A stretch of 64,000 nt of DNA, taken from Myxococcota bacterium. Lineage in GTDB: Bacteria; Myxococcota_A; UBA796; SXON01. Within the stretch, counting starts at the first letter, position 1. Each line of letters starts with the position of its first letter. Below the pieces are notes generated by a model that saw only the letters and a list, made by a program, of their open reading frames with translations, was not told the origin of the DNA and did not search any database. This document shows positions 37,417-47,999 of the stretch, piece after piece. The stretch lies in assembly GCA_040386535.1 (NCBI GenBank), contig JAZKFH010000022.1, positions 19,316-83,315 of the forward strand, read 5' to 3'. Made by a program: the position numbers and the translations under genes.

Positions 37417-39311
37417 GCGACCCCAAGGAGCGAAAGGGGCGAACACGGAAGCCGCGGCGCCCACCAGAGCCAGAGGATCCCATTCAGGTAGGCGAGCTGC
37501 GGTTCTCTACCGTGTTCGGCCTCCTGCTTCGCGTGGTGGCCGTCGAGAAGGACACATGCTTTGTGGAGCACGTCCCGTCGGGGCGTACATGGCGCTCGGA
37601 TGCGGTCGGCACCATCCAGAAGGCCCCGAAGGTGGCGGAGGGCGGCTTCCGTTGGCGGTTCGCGCACGACGGGCCCGAGCAGGTCCTGACGGCGGGCCCC
37701 GAGCGCATTGCCGAGTGGCTGATGCTCGACGAGCGGGCGCGCGGGTGGACCGTCCTTCGTGCGCGCGCCGTGGGTGAAGCCACCGCCGGCCTGCCCGAGG
37801 GGGCGGCACTCGAGACGCGCCTGCTGGATTACCTCGAGGGGAGCGACGAGTGGGGCCGAGAGGGCACGGGAGCCGAGAGGGGCTTCGTGCGCGGCGGTCA
37901 CGTGAGGGACTGGCGGGAGCGTTGGATCGAGGCCGAGCTACCCGTGGGCTTTGCCGGCGGTGAAAAGATTCAAGACGAAGACGCGGCCGTGGCTGCCCTG
38001 CGCCTGCTGTGCGAGGCAACAGCACCAGACCTGCCCTTCCTCGGGCGCGTTCGCACCACGCGTTGGTTGCCACCAACGGTGCGCGCCGGGGCGCTGGAGC
38101 GCCTGGTCGCGGTCTGGAAGGAAACGCGGCGACGTACCGGCTTTCGCCAGGTGCGCGAGGAAGCCTTGCTGCACATGCTCAAAGACTCCCCCGACCTGGC
38201 GGAAAGCATGGCGCGGGAGCCTGCCGTGTCACTGGCGGTCCGGAAGGCTGCGGTGGAACAGCTGAAGGATGGAGACGAGGCCATCCGCTCCGTGATCCGC
38301 GAGGTGAGCCGCCCCGCGAACAAGGCCGGCGCGGTGCGGGTGGCGGGCCAGCTTGCTGCCCTGGCCGAGAGTCCGGCGGTCATCGTCGAGTGTGTCGCGG
38401 CATGCATGAGCAACCGTGCGGATGCAGAGATCACCAAGGAGACGGCCGACCTCCTGGACGAGCGCCTGGAGACGCTCGACCGCACCCCGTTGCTCCTGGA
38501 GGCGGCACGCGGAGCGCTCGCGGGTGGGGCACTCGGCGGAGCGGTTCGCGACTGGCTCAACCTCCTGGGCGGCGACGCGGCGGTCTGGGAGATCGCGGAG
38601 GCGTGGGGAACCGTTCACCGGCTGCGTGGCGAAGGGGGCCTCGCTGCCCTGTCGATCACCACGCCGGAGCTCGAGGCCGGGTTCACGCGGTGGATCGAGC
38701 AGGCGCTCGCGCTTCGGGACGACTGGGAGGCGCCGGGCGCGTTGCCCTCCTTGAAGGAAGGCTCGTTCGCTCAACTGGTAAAGGGTCACGCGGAAGGCGC
38801 TCGGCTGACTCGGAACCTCGAGTGGTTCACTCGCACGGTGGGGGCGCTGGCCGAGCTGGTCGCGCGCATCCATGCGGAGAACGGTCTGCTCCTGGCGAAG
38901 GTGGACGACAAGCAGAACGCCGAGCGGGTGCTTCGCGGAGACGACGTAGAGCGGATCCGCGCCGACCGCGGAACGCTCCTGGCGAGCGCTCGTGACGAAG
39001 TGGCCGACGAGCGGCGGGCCGAGCGGCGAACGGTCGCGAAGATCCTCGCCGAAGTACAAACAGCCGTGGGCCGCACGCGCGAGGCTACTCCGGCTACGGC
39101 GTTGGACGCATTGGAGCGGCGTATGGTAGAGCTGGCAGCGCGTCTCGACATGACCTTCGTTGGGCGCGTCGGGGAACGGGCCCCATCTGACCCGGCACTG
39201 CATCAACTGGCTGCGGGGGTGGCGTCGGAAGGGACGATACGTTCGGTCGGCATCCGCGACGTACACGAGCTCTTGGTCAAAGGCAAAATTGGGCCGTTGG
39301 AGACGAACTGA
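37413..39311 (+). CDS. Hypothetical protein with C-terminal GrpE-like domain, 632 aa
   Basis: A TTG start overlaps the res stop. A coiled coil leads into VGRVGERAPSDPALHQ...IRSVGI...LLVKGKI, resembling GrpE GexFDPxxHE...GY...LrpAxV. Confidence 0.55.
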   Translation: MSDPKERKGRTRKPRRPPEPEDPIQVGELRFSTVFGLLLRVVAVEKDTCFVEHVPSGRTWRSDAVGTIQKAPKVAEGGFRWRFAHDGPEQVLTAGPERIAEWLMLDERARGWTVLRARAVGEATAGLPEGAALETRLLDYLEGSDEWGREGTGAERGFVRGGHVRDWRERWIEAELPVGFAGGEKIQDEDAAVAALRLLCEATAPDLPFLGRVRTTRWLPPTVRAGALERLVAVWKETRRRTGFRQVREEALLHMLKDSPDLAESMAREPAVSLAVRKAAVEQLKDGDEAIRSVIREVSRPANKAGAVRVAGQLAALAESPAVIVECVAACMSNRADAEITKETADLLDERLETLDRTPLLLEAARGALAGGALGGAVRDWLNLLGGDAAVWEIAEAWGTVHRLRGEGGLAALSITTPELEAGFTRWIEQALALRDDWEAPGALPSLKEGSFAQLVKGHAEGARLTRNLEWFTRTVGALAELVARIHAENGLLLAKVDDKQNAERVLRGDDVERIRADRGTLLASARDEVADERRAERRTVAKILAEVQTAVGRTREATPATALDALERRMVELAARLDMTFVGRVGERAPSDPALHQLAAGVASEGTIRSVGIRDVHELLVKGKIGPLETN

Positions 39312-41137
39312 TGGATCTGGACAAGCTGCGGACATTCCTCTCGGAGCTCGATTTCTCCAGCGTGAGCGAGGAGGAGCGGGATGTCGCGCTCCTCCTCGGA
39401 CAGGCGCGGGCGGCAGTGGATGCCCTGCGCGAACAGCGCGAGCGAGCGAATTTTCGCGACCGGCTGATGCAGGCGCACGCGGTGGTGGAGCGGCAGCTGC
39501 GCGCGGCGATAGCCCACGCCCTCGGAAACCTCGATGCGGGCACATACCTGGACCCAACATGGCCCGGGAAACTCGACAGCTTTGAAGCCGAACTGCAGGA
39601 CGACGCTCGGTTGCTCATTTGGCACGAACTCGTCACGCCGATCGCCTATCCCACCTCGGCGGACGGAGAGGGCGCTGTGCTGCACGCGCCCAGCCCGAGC
39701 CTGCCGGCTCCCCCTCCGCCACCGACGCCCGTCAGCGCAGACTTGATCGAGCGGATCAGGGCGTTGAAGCCAATCGCCAGCTCGGCGCCAAGACACGGTG
39801 CGGGCGTTTGGGGTGTGGACTTCGGCACCGCGCGAAGCAAAGTGGTGTTCCGGCCACGCGGTGGGTTCACACAGGCGGCCGACTCCGTCGTGGCGTGGGA
39901 TGTCCCGAGCGTGCTCGCTGTCGAGGAGGATGGTGGCGCAATTGAGTTTGGTGAGGCGGCCGAAGCGCGCCGGGGCAAGCAAGGGTGGAAGCTGGTCACG
40001 AGCTTGAAGCGCCACATTGTGGGGCGCCGTGTCGACCCTTACCGGCTCCCGCCCCGCATGACCACTGAGGGGCTCGCGACCCTGTACATGGCGTGGCTCT
40101 GCCACGAGGCGCTCCGCAGGGCCGATTTGGGCGCATCTCCGATGGACCTTCCGATGAACCTGTCCATGCCCCTCGTTGACGCCTCCGTTGCCAATGACGG
40201 GCTGCGAGCGCCGTTCGTAGAAGGCCCACGCACCTACGACATCTGGCTTTCGTACGCACTGCGTGCCGCCCAGCTCATCGCGCTCACGTTCGGCAGGGAG
40301 GAATTCCCCAGCTCCCAGACCGTGCTCCTCGACGCCCTGGAGCTATGGTCTCGTCAGAATTGGGAGTCGGTGCGCCGGAGCGCGGCCACCACCAGCGAGC
40401 CCGCGGCTGTAGTCGGTGACGTGAATGTCACCGAGCTTCCTGCCGGCCTCACCATGCTGGTAGACTGCGGGGCGGGCACGACGGACGTCTCCGTGTTCTG
40501 GCGTCGGGGCGCCCACGTCTTTCGCGTGGTCGAATGCTCCGTGGTCGTTGGTGGCGATCAGATCGACGACGCCATCGTGCTCCGGGTGGTGCGCGAATTT
40601 CCGGGACTGAAGGACAGGGAGGGGGACGTACGCACGTGGGCCCGGGCTGCAAAGCGGGACATACTGGAGGGCGAGGCAAGCTTCGACCCCGCGGAATTCG
40701 AACTGCCCGGCTTGGCGTTCGACATTACGGCCGAGGATGTCGCGCCAGGAGTCGCGGCGTTGGCCGGGGGCGTGCATACGGTGGTCGCGCGCGCAGCCGA
40801 TCAAGCGTTCGCAAAGCTCCTCGAGACGTCCCTGAACGGCGCCGTCGAGCTCTCGCGGGCTCGAGAGCTTCAGGCCGTCTGGTTGATTGGCGGCTCCTCG
40901 GTGGTCGGTGCGGTTATGAGCAGCGTCGAGGCTGCGCTCAGGGGGAGCAACGTCGTCGGCGCCTCCCCGGCACCACTGGCCCCATCCGGTTTGTATGCGG
41001 CCTGGAAGCCGGAACGATACCGCCTGCTCGCTGTCGCGCTCGGTGCCTCGCGTCCAGATCTCGCCCGGCCGGCGCTGCTCCCGCCGGATCAGGCGGATGT
41101 GGCGGTGGGCCTCCACCACACCGACAAGGACGCATAG
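39311..41137 (+). CDS. Hsp70-like ATPase (nucleotide-binding domain only) with N-terminal helical extension, 608 aa
   Basis: GVDFGTARS, SEPAA, VDCGAGTTDVS, GGDQID and LIGGSS. The ORF ends before any substrate-binding domain. Confidence 0.85.
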   Translation: MDLDKLRTFLSELDFSSVSEEERDVALLLGQARAAVDALREQRERANFRDRLMQAHAVVERQLRAAIAHALGNLDAGTYLDPTWPGKLDSFEAELQDDARLLIWHELVTPIAYPTSADGEGAVLHAPSPSLPAPPPPPTPVSADLIERIRALKPIASSAPRHGAGVWGVDFGTARSKVVFRPRGGFTQAADSVVAWDVPSVLAVEEDGGAIEFGEAAEARRGKQGWKLVTSLKRHIVGRRVDPYRLPPRMTTEGLATLYMAWLCHEALRRADLGASPMDLPMNLSMPLVDASVANDGLRAPFVEGPRTYDIWLSYALRAAQLIALTFGREEFPSSQTVLLDALELWSRQNWESVRRSAATTSEPAAVVGDVNVTELPAGLTMLVDCGAGTTDVSVFWRRGAHVFRVVECSVVVGGDQIDDAIVLRVVREFPGLKDREGDVRTWARAAKRDILEGEASFDPAEFELPGLAFDITAEDVAPGVAALAGGVHTVVARAADQAFAKLLETSLNGAVELSRARELQAVWLIGGSSVVGAVMSSVEAALRGSNVVGASPAPLAPSGLYAAWKPERYRLLAVALGASRPDLARPALLPPDQADVAVGLHHTDKDA

Positions 41138-41141
41138 CCAG

Positions 41142-42488
41142 ATGCCCCTCCCGTTCCTCACCGCCCTCGACCCGCAAGCCCGCGTCGCCGGCTCGCGCGA
41201 CCCGCTCGGCGTGCAACCGATCTGGGGCCACCTTGGCCGGGAGCTCGTCTCCAACCTGACCACGGTCGCGACATCGGTCCGCGGCTTCACCACGCTGATG
41301 CTGGGCCTCCACTACGCATCCCGGCTGGTCGACGAGGCGGGCCACGACGAGGCTCAGCGGATCCGCTACTTCCTGAAGTTTGAACAGATGGTCGCGTGGA
41401 GCCGCTACGCCTGGCAGGACGAGACAGGTGACACGGTCGAGGGGATCCGGGGCATTCGACGGGTACGGCGTACCTGGGAGGGCGGGGAGCGGAAGCCGCC
41501 GCTCGGCCTCGGTCCCGACGCGCAGATCCTGTCAGACCAGAAGACCTATGGGCTCTGGGGTCTCTTCTCGATGCCCGCGCGCGACTCCCGCCTCCGCGAG
41601 CGCGTCTCCGCACGGCTCACGGAGCCCGCCCGGGAGCACCTCTTGCCGCGCCTCGATGCGGCGCTCTCCGCCGAGGGGATACGGAACGACGCTGTCGTGA
41701 TCGATTTGCTCGGACGCGACCAGCATTTCGAGCCCACGGGCCGCCACAAGGCTCTCGGACGCGCGCTGGCGGCGATGACCAAGCCTGCGTGGTCGGGAGA
41801 GGAGGAGGTGTTCTACCTGGATCACCTCGTCCAAGCGGGGAGGGGCGCCGACGGCCGGCAGGCGCGCCTCTGGGGCCACCTTGCGACCGTGAATGACCGT
41901 GACGGCACCTGGAAGGCAGGCTTCGGCATGGAGGAACTCCGCCGGGTCCGGACCGCGGCCGGCGCAGCCGGAGACACCGACATCGTCGAGCGGCTGACCT
42001 GGATCGCTGATGTGGAGGCCGTTCTCGCGCCCGCCGGGCTCCTGTTCTCGACGGTGCTCGGCGCGCATGGACAGCGCGTGGCCGACGTGGCGGCCGAGGT
42101 CGAAGCGCGCTGGGGGGCCGGCCTGGGCCACGTGGACGTCGACGGCGTGCGCGCCGCCATTCCCCAGGTCGCGGCGATTGCCGCGGACGGAACCGCCGAG
42201 CGCCTCGACGCGCTCAGCGTGGCGTTCCGGGACGGCGCATGGGCGGAGGCGATCACGCTGGTGATTGCACAGAACAAGGCCGTCATGGAGGCGCGCCGCG
42301 CGGGCCCTTGGGCCACGGAAAAGGCCGGCACGCTCGACGTGCGCTTCCGTACCGACGGGGATGGGCTCGCTGTCGCGGCAGACCTGCCCGATCTCTGGGT
42401 CAACCCCTACTACCTGAGCGCGCTCAAGCATGTCGGCGGCTCGCTGCTGCGGCGAGGCGTCCGGGAGACGAGCGTGGACGGTGAGTAG
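41142..42488 (+). CDS. Conserved hypothetical 'GSRDPLG' protein (DUF6361-like context), 448 aa
   Basis: N-terminal GSRDPLGVQPIW...LTTV, then QKTYGLWGLF; coupled to the PLD gene. Confidence 0.55.
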   Translation: MPLPFLTALDPQARVAGSRDPLGVQPIWGHLGRELVSNLTTVATSVRGFTTLMLGLHYASRLVDEAGHDEAQRIRYFLKFEQMVAWSRYAWQDETGDTVEGIRGIRRVRRTWEGGERKPPLGLGPDAQILSDQKTYGLWGLFSMPARDSRLRERVSARLTEPAREHLLPRLDAALSAEGIRNDAVVIDLLGRDQHFEPTGRHKALGRALAAMTKPAWSGEEEVFYLDHLVQAGRGADGRQARLWGHLATVNDRDGTWKAGFGMEELRRVRTAAGAAGDTDIVERLTWIADVEAVLAPAGLLFSTVLGAHGQRVADVAAEVEARWGAGLGHVDVDGVRAAIPQVAAIAADGTAERLDALSVAFRDGAWAEAITLVIAQNKAVMEARRAGPWATEKAGTLDVRFRTDGDGLAVAADLPDLWVNPYYLSALKHVGGSLLRRGVRETSVDGE

Positions 42489-44481
42489 CCCCACCCCCGA
42501 AGTCCTCACCGCGCAGCTGCGCAAGGCGATCGGCGGGCGCTCGGTGCGCGCGGCGGTGTTCACCACGTTCCCCTTCGATCCGGAGTTCTTCGAGCTCTTC
42601 GTCCTACCGGCCCTGTTCGAGCGCGCGTGGTCGCGGGATCCGAACGTCCGCCGCGCGCAGTTGGAGGAAGCCCTCCGGGACGTGGACAACGTCGCGGTGT
42701 ACTACGACCGCGGGCAGTTCGACGGTGGGCTGGTCGGGCTGGACTACACGCGATTCGGCGTGGCTCGGCGGACGGGCTGCTTCCACGCAAAACACCTCCT
42801 CCTCCTCGTCGAGCGCCCGCCTTCGTCCAGCGCGGGTCCCGTGCGCGGGGAGCACGCCCTCCTCGTCGTCACCACGTCGGCGAACCTGACCCGCTCCGGG
42901 TGGTGGGAAAACGTCGAGGCCGCGCAGATCGAGGAGATCCGGGCGGGGGTGCCCCATCCAATGCGGTCCGCGCTCCTGGACGATGGCGGTGCCCGCGGGC
43001 TTGTCCGTCGTATCCGCGAACACGACCGGACCGAGGTCGCACACAGCGCCCTCGACGCGATCCGTGACTTCCTGCTCCGCGACGTGCCGACAGGCACGGC
43101 CCCGGGTCCGGTGCTCTGGGCCGGCCGCGGCACCTTCGCCGCCTTCCTTGCCGCCCACGTCCGGCCCGGCCTACGGCTCGAAATCGTCGCGCCCTACGTT
43201 GAGGACATCGAGGCCGCTCCGACGCTCGGCCGGCTGCTCGACGCTGTCCGCCCGGCGGAGACCCGCATCCACCTTCCGATCGACAAGGATGCACACGCGG
43301 CGGTGAGCGAGGCCTACGCCCGCGCCGTCGCAGCGCTCCCAGGCGTGAGCTGGGGCGAGCTCCCGGCTGCCCTCACCCACTGGACGAAGGAGGCGGGCGG
43401 CGGCCACCGGTTCACTCACGCGAAGGTGTACCGGTTCTTCGACGACCGTCGGGAGGTGCTCGTGGTGGGGTCGGTGAATCTTTCGGCGGCGGCACACTCC
43501 GACGCGAGCGCGGGCAATTTCGAGTCCGCGGTGTTGGTGGAAACCGTGGCGAACGCGCGCCGGGACTGGTGGATGAGCCGCCGGAACACGCTCCCGGAGC
43601 ACTTCGCGCCGCGCGTCGGCGAGGAGGAGGCCGTCCGCGGGCGCGCGCCTCCCCTCCACCTCCGCTACGACTGGCGCACCGACCTGCTCGCCTACTTCTG
43701 GGAGCCCGGCGAGGCCGCCGCCGCCGCGGTGGACGTCTCCACTGGAGCCGTAGGCTTCCGCATCACGCCCATCGTTGTGGGCGTGTGGGTACCCGTGCCG
43801 CCGGAGGTAGTCCTCGGCTTGAGGGACCGACTGCGCGCCAGTGCCTGCGTCTCCGTCACGATTGAACTCGAGACCTTTCGCGTCTTGGTACGGGAGGAGG
43901 GCATGCAGAACCGGCCGCCGCTCGTGTGCGACCTCACGCCCGAGCAGATCCTCGAGTATTGGGCCCTGCTCTCCCAGGAGCAGCGCGACGCGTTCCTCGA
44001 GCAGCACGGCTACCGCCTGCCCCAGCTGTCCGAGGATGGTGCTCCGCCCGCGCCAACCGCCGTCGAGGGGTCCGGCACAACCCTGTTCGACCGATTTGCT
44101 GGTATCTTCCATGCATTCTCGTGCCTGCGCGAGCATGTTCAGAACGCGCTCCAATCGGGCCGGAAGAAGGAGGCCGCGTACCGTCTCCTCGGGCGCAAGC
44201 ATGACTCGCTCGGCGCGCTCGTGGAGAGGGTGCTCGACGACGAATTGGGGGACCTCACCTCGCGGTACGTCCAGCTGCTCTGTGCACGGGAGGTGACCGA
44301 CGCCGTCCTCGCAGCCCATCCGGCGTGGGCGGCGGAGCACTCGGTGGCGGTTGTCGAGCTGCGCGCCCGCCTCGACCGGGTCGCCGAACTGCGCGCGCGC
44401 CTTTGTCTTCCGGAGGACGGCGCCGCCTTCATCGAATGGTTCGAAGGTGAATTCTTTGGACGACCAGAGGTGTCCGCGTGA
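42481..44481 (+). CDS. Phospholipase D-family nuclease with two HxK motifs, 666 aa
   Basis: FHAKHLLL...TSANLT and THAKVYRF...GSVNLS. Confidence 0.85.
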   Translation: MSSPTPEVLTAQLRKAIGGRSVRAAVFTTFPFDPEFFELFVLPALFERAWSRDPNVRRAQLEEALRDVDNVAVYYDRGQFDGGLVGLDYTRFGVARRTGCFHAKHLLLLVERPPSSSAGPVRGEHALLVVTTSANLTRSGWWENVEAAQIEEIRAGVPHPMRSALLDDGGARGLVRRIREHDRTEVAHSALDAIRDFLLRDVPTGTAPGPVLWAGRGTFAAFLAAHVRPGLRLEIVAPYVEDIEAAPTLGRLLDAVRPAETRIHLPIDKDAHAAVSEAYARAVAALPGVSWGELPAALTHWTKEAGGGHRFTHAKVYRFFDDRREVLVVGSVNLSAAAHSDASAGNFESAVLVETVANARRDWWMSRRNTLPEHFAPRVGEEEAVRGRAPPLHLRYDWRTDLLAYFWEPGEAAAAAVDVSTGAVGFRITPIVVGVWVPVPPEVVLGLRDRLRASACVSVTIELETFRVLVREEGMQNRPPLVCDLTPEQILEYWALLSQEQRDAFLEQHGYRLPQLSEDGAPPAPTAVEGSGTTLFDRFAGIFHAFSCLREHVQNALQSGRKKEAAYRLLGRKHDSLGALVERVLDDELGDLTSRYVQLLCAREVTDAVLAAHPAWAAEHSVAVVELRARLDRVAELRARLCLPEDGAAFIEWFEGEFFGRPEVSA

Positions 44482-47400
44482 TTGATATCGCCCCCCTCTC
44501 CCCCGACGCGGCGCGGTCGCTCCTCGACTTCCGGGGCCGGAGCGCTGCCGCCTCTGCGTTCGCGGACGCCCAGCTGGAGGGGGCAGTCGCGCTACACAAC
44601 ATCCTCGCACGCGAGGGGTTTGCCTACCTCGCCGACGAGGTGGGGATGGGAAAGACGTACGTAGCGCTCGGGGTGATGGCCCTGCTGCGCCACGCCCACC
44701 CCGGGCTGCGAGTGCTCTACATCGCGCCGAAGGAGAACATCCAGCGGAAATGGTACAAGGAGCTTGGTAACTTCGTCGCAAACAACTGGCGCAACGACGA
44801 TTTCCGCGTCCGGGCGCTGGGCCGGCCGGGCTTCGATGTCGTGATGGCCGAGAGCCTTCAGGACCTTGCAGCCAAGGCGCGGCTCGATGCCAACCGCGAT
44901 GTCATTGTCCGGATGACGAGCTTCAGCGTCGGCCTCTCCAAGGAGGCGACCACGTGGAACGCGAAGCGGGACCAGCTCCTCCGCCTGTTCCCATGGCTCG
45001 ACCCCGCGCAGTTCGCCCTCTACAGCAAGAAGGCGTTCAAGGACGCCTATGCCCGCGCCGTCAACGTCGCGCTGCCGGTGTACGATTTGGTGATCGTTGA
45101 CGAGGGCCACAACCTGAAGCACGGCTACAGCGAGCGCGTAGCGGCCCGCAACCGCGTGCTCGGCCTGGTCCTCGGGCGGGAAGACGCGCAGGTGCCATAC
45201 CTCGACGGCGGGGGCCCCCGCGCGGACCGGATCCTGGTCCTCTCTGCGACTCCGGTCGAGGTCGGCTGGGGCGACCTCTGGAACCAGATGAACGTGCTCG
45301 GGAAGGGCCACCTCGCCCCGATCCTCCGGCGCGGCGAAGAAGCGGGAGTGTCGGAGGGCGAGCGCCTCGCGGCAGCGCGGCGGTTCATCGTCCGCCGCCT
45401 CACCGGCATCCCGATCGGCGGACAGATTCACACCAAGAACATGTACCGGCGAGAGTGGCGACAGGGGGGCGTCGCGACGCATGATGAGCCGCTTCCGCTA
45501 TCGGACACCCGCCAGCGGCTAATCGTCGCGCTCGCCCAGAAGAAGGTGATGGACGTGCTCTCGGCCCGGCGGGATCCGGCGGCGGGCCGATTCTCGCGCA
45601 GCTTTCAAATGGGCATGCTCGCCTCGTTCGAGAGCTTCGCCGCGACAGCGCGCGTGGAGATCAAGGGGGAGGACGGCGAATCAGAGCAACGGACTTTCGA
45701 GGAGTCCGACCAGGCGGAGCGGAGCGAAGACCGCCAGGGGGTGGACCGTCACGCCATCGACGGGATGGCACGGCGCTACCTCGAGCGCTTCCACACCTCG
45801 CTTCCCCACCCGAAGATGGACGCTGTAGCGGCCGCCGCCGCGGAGGCGATGCTCGACCGGGGTGAGAAGTCGCTGATCTTCGTGCGCCGCATCGCGAGCG
45901 TCCCCGAGTTGTGCGCGAAAATCGCCCAACGGTACGACGATTGGGTGTTCGCCTACCTCGAGCGGGAGCTCCGCACCGGGCCAGTCTCCGATCTGCGCCA
46001 GGCGGTCGCGGAGTACCAGCTGGCGAAGCTGCGCGAACGGGACCGACACGGAGGTGCAGCGGCAGACGCCGACGAGGACCACGGCGCCGGCGACTCCTTC
46101 TTCGCCTGGTTCTTCCGCGGGGAGGCGCTCGCGGGAGAGGCCAGTTTTCGGGGACGCGCCGCCGCGTTCCGCAAGAACCGGCTCCGCGGTGAAGGGTCGG
46201 TTCACAGCACGCTGCTCGAGGACAACTACGCACGGTTCGTGCTGGGCGCCGACCCGTTGCGTGCGCTGGCGGGACGCCTCGGGGCCACGGCTCCCGTTCT
46301 CCTCCGCAAGGGCGCCTGGCTGGCCTTCCGGCGCCCCCACCAGGTCCGGTATCCGCGCGCCCAGGTCTTCACGGCCTACCAGGAGGCGGCCCTCCGTCTC
46401 GTCGCGGACGGGAAAGACAGCGTCGCCGCGGAAGCCCGCGCCATTCTACGACGCACGTTCGCCGACCCGCCCGCGGACACCGACGGTCCGATCCCAGAGG
46501 GCTTTCCGCGCCCCGACGACATTCTCGGCGCGCCGACTCTCTTCTCGGAGCTCGAAGCCCGGCCTGCACTCTGCGCGCAGCTCTGGCCGGCATCCACCGC
46601 GTCGACCTTCGAGGCGCGGTTCGTCGAGCGTGAGCGGCGACGCCAACTCCTGGTGAGCGCGATGCTGCTCGGGCACGCCTACATCGATCTCTGGCTCCTC
46701 GCCGTGCGTTCGCTTCGCTCGCTCGCCGCTGGGGAGCGCGACGAGGATGGCGCCGCTTCTCTCGCGATCGAGTTTCTCACTCGGCTGGAGGAACAACAGG
46801 GTCAGCCGGGGCTCACGTCCTGGCGCGAACTCCACGATATCGCGGCGCACTTCCCGCTGCTTTGCGACGTGAACTTCGACCAGCTCCGCGACACGTCCCT
46901 TTCGGAGCTTCCAAAGTACTACCAGCGCACGCTCGGACGGCAGACACCAGTGGCCGGCATGTTCGGCACGGTGAACACCCAGGTCGTCCGGCAGTTCCGC
47001 ATGCCGGGCTACCCCTATGTGCTCGTGACGACCGACCTCCTCCGCGAGGGCGAAGACCTCCACCCGTTCTGTGCGCACGTCGTCCACTACGGTATCGAGT
47101 GGACCTCGTCGGCAATGGAGCAGCGCACCGGTCGCGTGGATCGCATCGGCTCGTTGACCCACCGCCGCCTCACCCGGCCAGGCCTCGTCACGGCCGAGGG
47201 GACCGACCGGCTCCAGGTCCAGTACCCGCACCTCACGGACACAGTGGAGCTGTTCCAGGTGCGGGAAGTGTACCGGCGCATGAACCGCTTCGTCGACCTG
47301 CTGCACGACCGCGCGAGCGGCGCGGCGAGCGAGCGGAGCGACCTCGACATCGCCCGCGTCATGCACCAGGTAGCCGATGTGGCGCCGATCACCGGCACGC

Positions 47401-47999
47401 TGACCACGCGCTTTGCGATCAAACCCGAGTGGTGCGAGGGCGGACCGTCGTCGCCCGTTGCCGCCCGGGAGGAGGAGATCCTTAAATTGTTCGCGGACCA
47501 GTGCGACGCGCTCGATCGCGAGTGCTCCATCATCTGGCGCGACCGCGACGGCGCCCACCATCGCCTCGGAACGGCGTGGATCGCGGACCGTGAGCTCTGC
47601 ACGCGAGGCGCCGACACGTCAGGGCGCCGTCAGCAGCCGTTCCACGCGTTCCTGCTCCCCGCCCGGCGCACAGGCCGTGTGCTCCTGCGCATCGTCAGCC
47701 CGGTCGGCATCGTGGCGGAGCGCGACGCCGTGACCGTCTCCCGCATCGGCGTGCTCCAGCGAGCAATGCCGTCTGTGGCCGTGTTCTCCGGTGCCCCGCC
47801 GCGCACCGGCGATGGCTACAACCTCGCCGCGCGCGTGGACCTGCCGTTCGGTGCAGGGCTTACGCAACACGCGGAAGTCCGCGACGTTCTCCGCCGCGTC
47901 TGTGTTTTCGCCGATCAGATGGAGCAGGCCCTCTTGCGACACGACCTCCCGATCGAGCACTTCGTGGTCCAACTTCGACGGGAGCGCGGCGATGTCTGA
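44478..47999 (+). CDS. SF2 (SNF2-like) helicase with C-terminal YbjN/T3SS-chaperone-like domain, 1173 aa
   Basis: LADEVGMGKT, IVDEGHN, LSATP, REGEDLH and EQRTGRVDR. The tail reads LRIVSPVG...VCVFADQMEQALL. Confidence 0.88.
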   Translation: MIDIAPLSPDAARSLLDFRGRSAAASAFADAQLEGAVALHNILAREGFAYLADEVGMGKTYVALGVMALLRHAHPGLRVLYIAPKENIQRKWYKELGNFVANNWRNDDFRVRALGRPGFDVVMAESLQDLAAKARLDANRDVIVRMTSFSVGLSKEATTWNAKRDQLLRLFPWLDPAQFALYSKKAFKDAYARAVNVALPVYDLVIVDEGHNLKHGYSERVAARNRVLGLVLGREDAQVPYLDGGGPRADRILVLSATPVEVGWGDLWNQMNVLGKGHLAPILRRGEEAGVSEGERLAAARRFIVRRLTGIPIGGQIHTKNMYRREWRQGGVATHDEPLPLSDTRQRLIVALAQKKVMDVLSARRDPAAGRFSRSFQMGMLASFESFAATARVEIKGEDGESEQRTFEESDQAERSEDRQGVDRHAIDGMARRYLERFHTSLPHPKMDAVAAAAAEAMLDRGEKSLIFVRRIASVPELCAKIAQRYDDWVFAYLERELRTGPVSDLRQAVAEYQLAKLRERDRHGGAAADADEDHGAGDSFFAWFFRGEALAGEASFRGRAAAFRKNRLRGEGSVHSTLLEDNYARFVLGADPLRALAGRLGATAPVLLRKGAWLAFRRPHQVRYPRAQVFTAYQEAALRLVADGKDSVAAEARAILRRTFADPPADTDGPIPEGFPRPDDILGAPTLFSELEARPALCAQLWPASTASTFEARFVERERRRQLLVSAMLLGHAYIDLWLLAVRSLRSLAAGERDEDGAASLAIEFLTRLEEQQGQPGLTSWRELHDIAAHFPLLCDVNFDQLRDTSLSELPKYYQRTLGRQTPVAGMFGTVNTQVVRQFRMPGYPYVLVTTDLLREGEDLHPFCAHVVHYGIEWTSSAMEQRTGRVDRIGSLTHRRLTRPGLVTAEGTDRLQVQYPHLTDTVELFQVREVYRRMNRFVDLLHDRASGAASERSDLDIARVMHQVADVAPITGTLTTRFAIKPEWCEGGPSSPVAAREEEILKLFADQCDALDRECSIIWRDRDGAHHRLGTAWIADRELCTRGADTSGRRQQPFHAFLLPARRTGRVLLRIVSPVGIVAERDAVTVSRIGVLQRAMPSVAVFSGAPPRTGDGYNLAARVDLPFGAGLTQHAEVRDVLRRVCVFADQMEQALLRHDLPIEHFVVQLRRERGDV

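Noticed and set aside
33805..37464. 1219-aa minus-strand ORF
   Set aside because: It is an antisense shadow of res, typical of high-GC coding DNA, and has no motifs.
39311..41137. Housekeeping dnaK
   Set aside because: It is highly divergent, lacks the substrate-binding domain, has an extra N-terminal domain, and there is no dnaJ.
41142..47999. DISARM
   Set aside because: PLD and helicase are present, but there is no DrmA/DrmB (DUF1998) pair, and the PLD is a large two-motif protein unlike DrmC.
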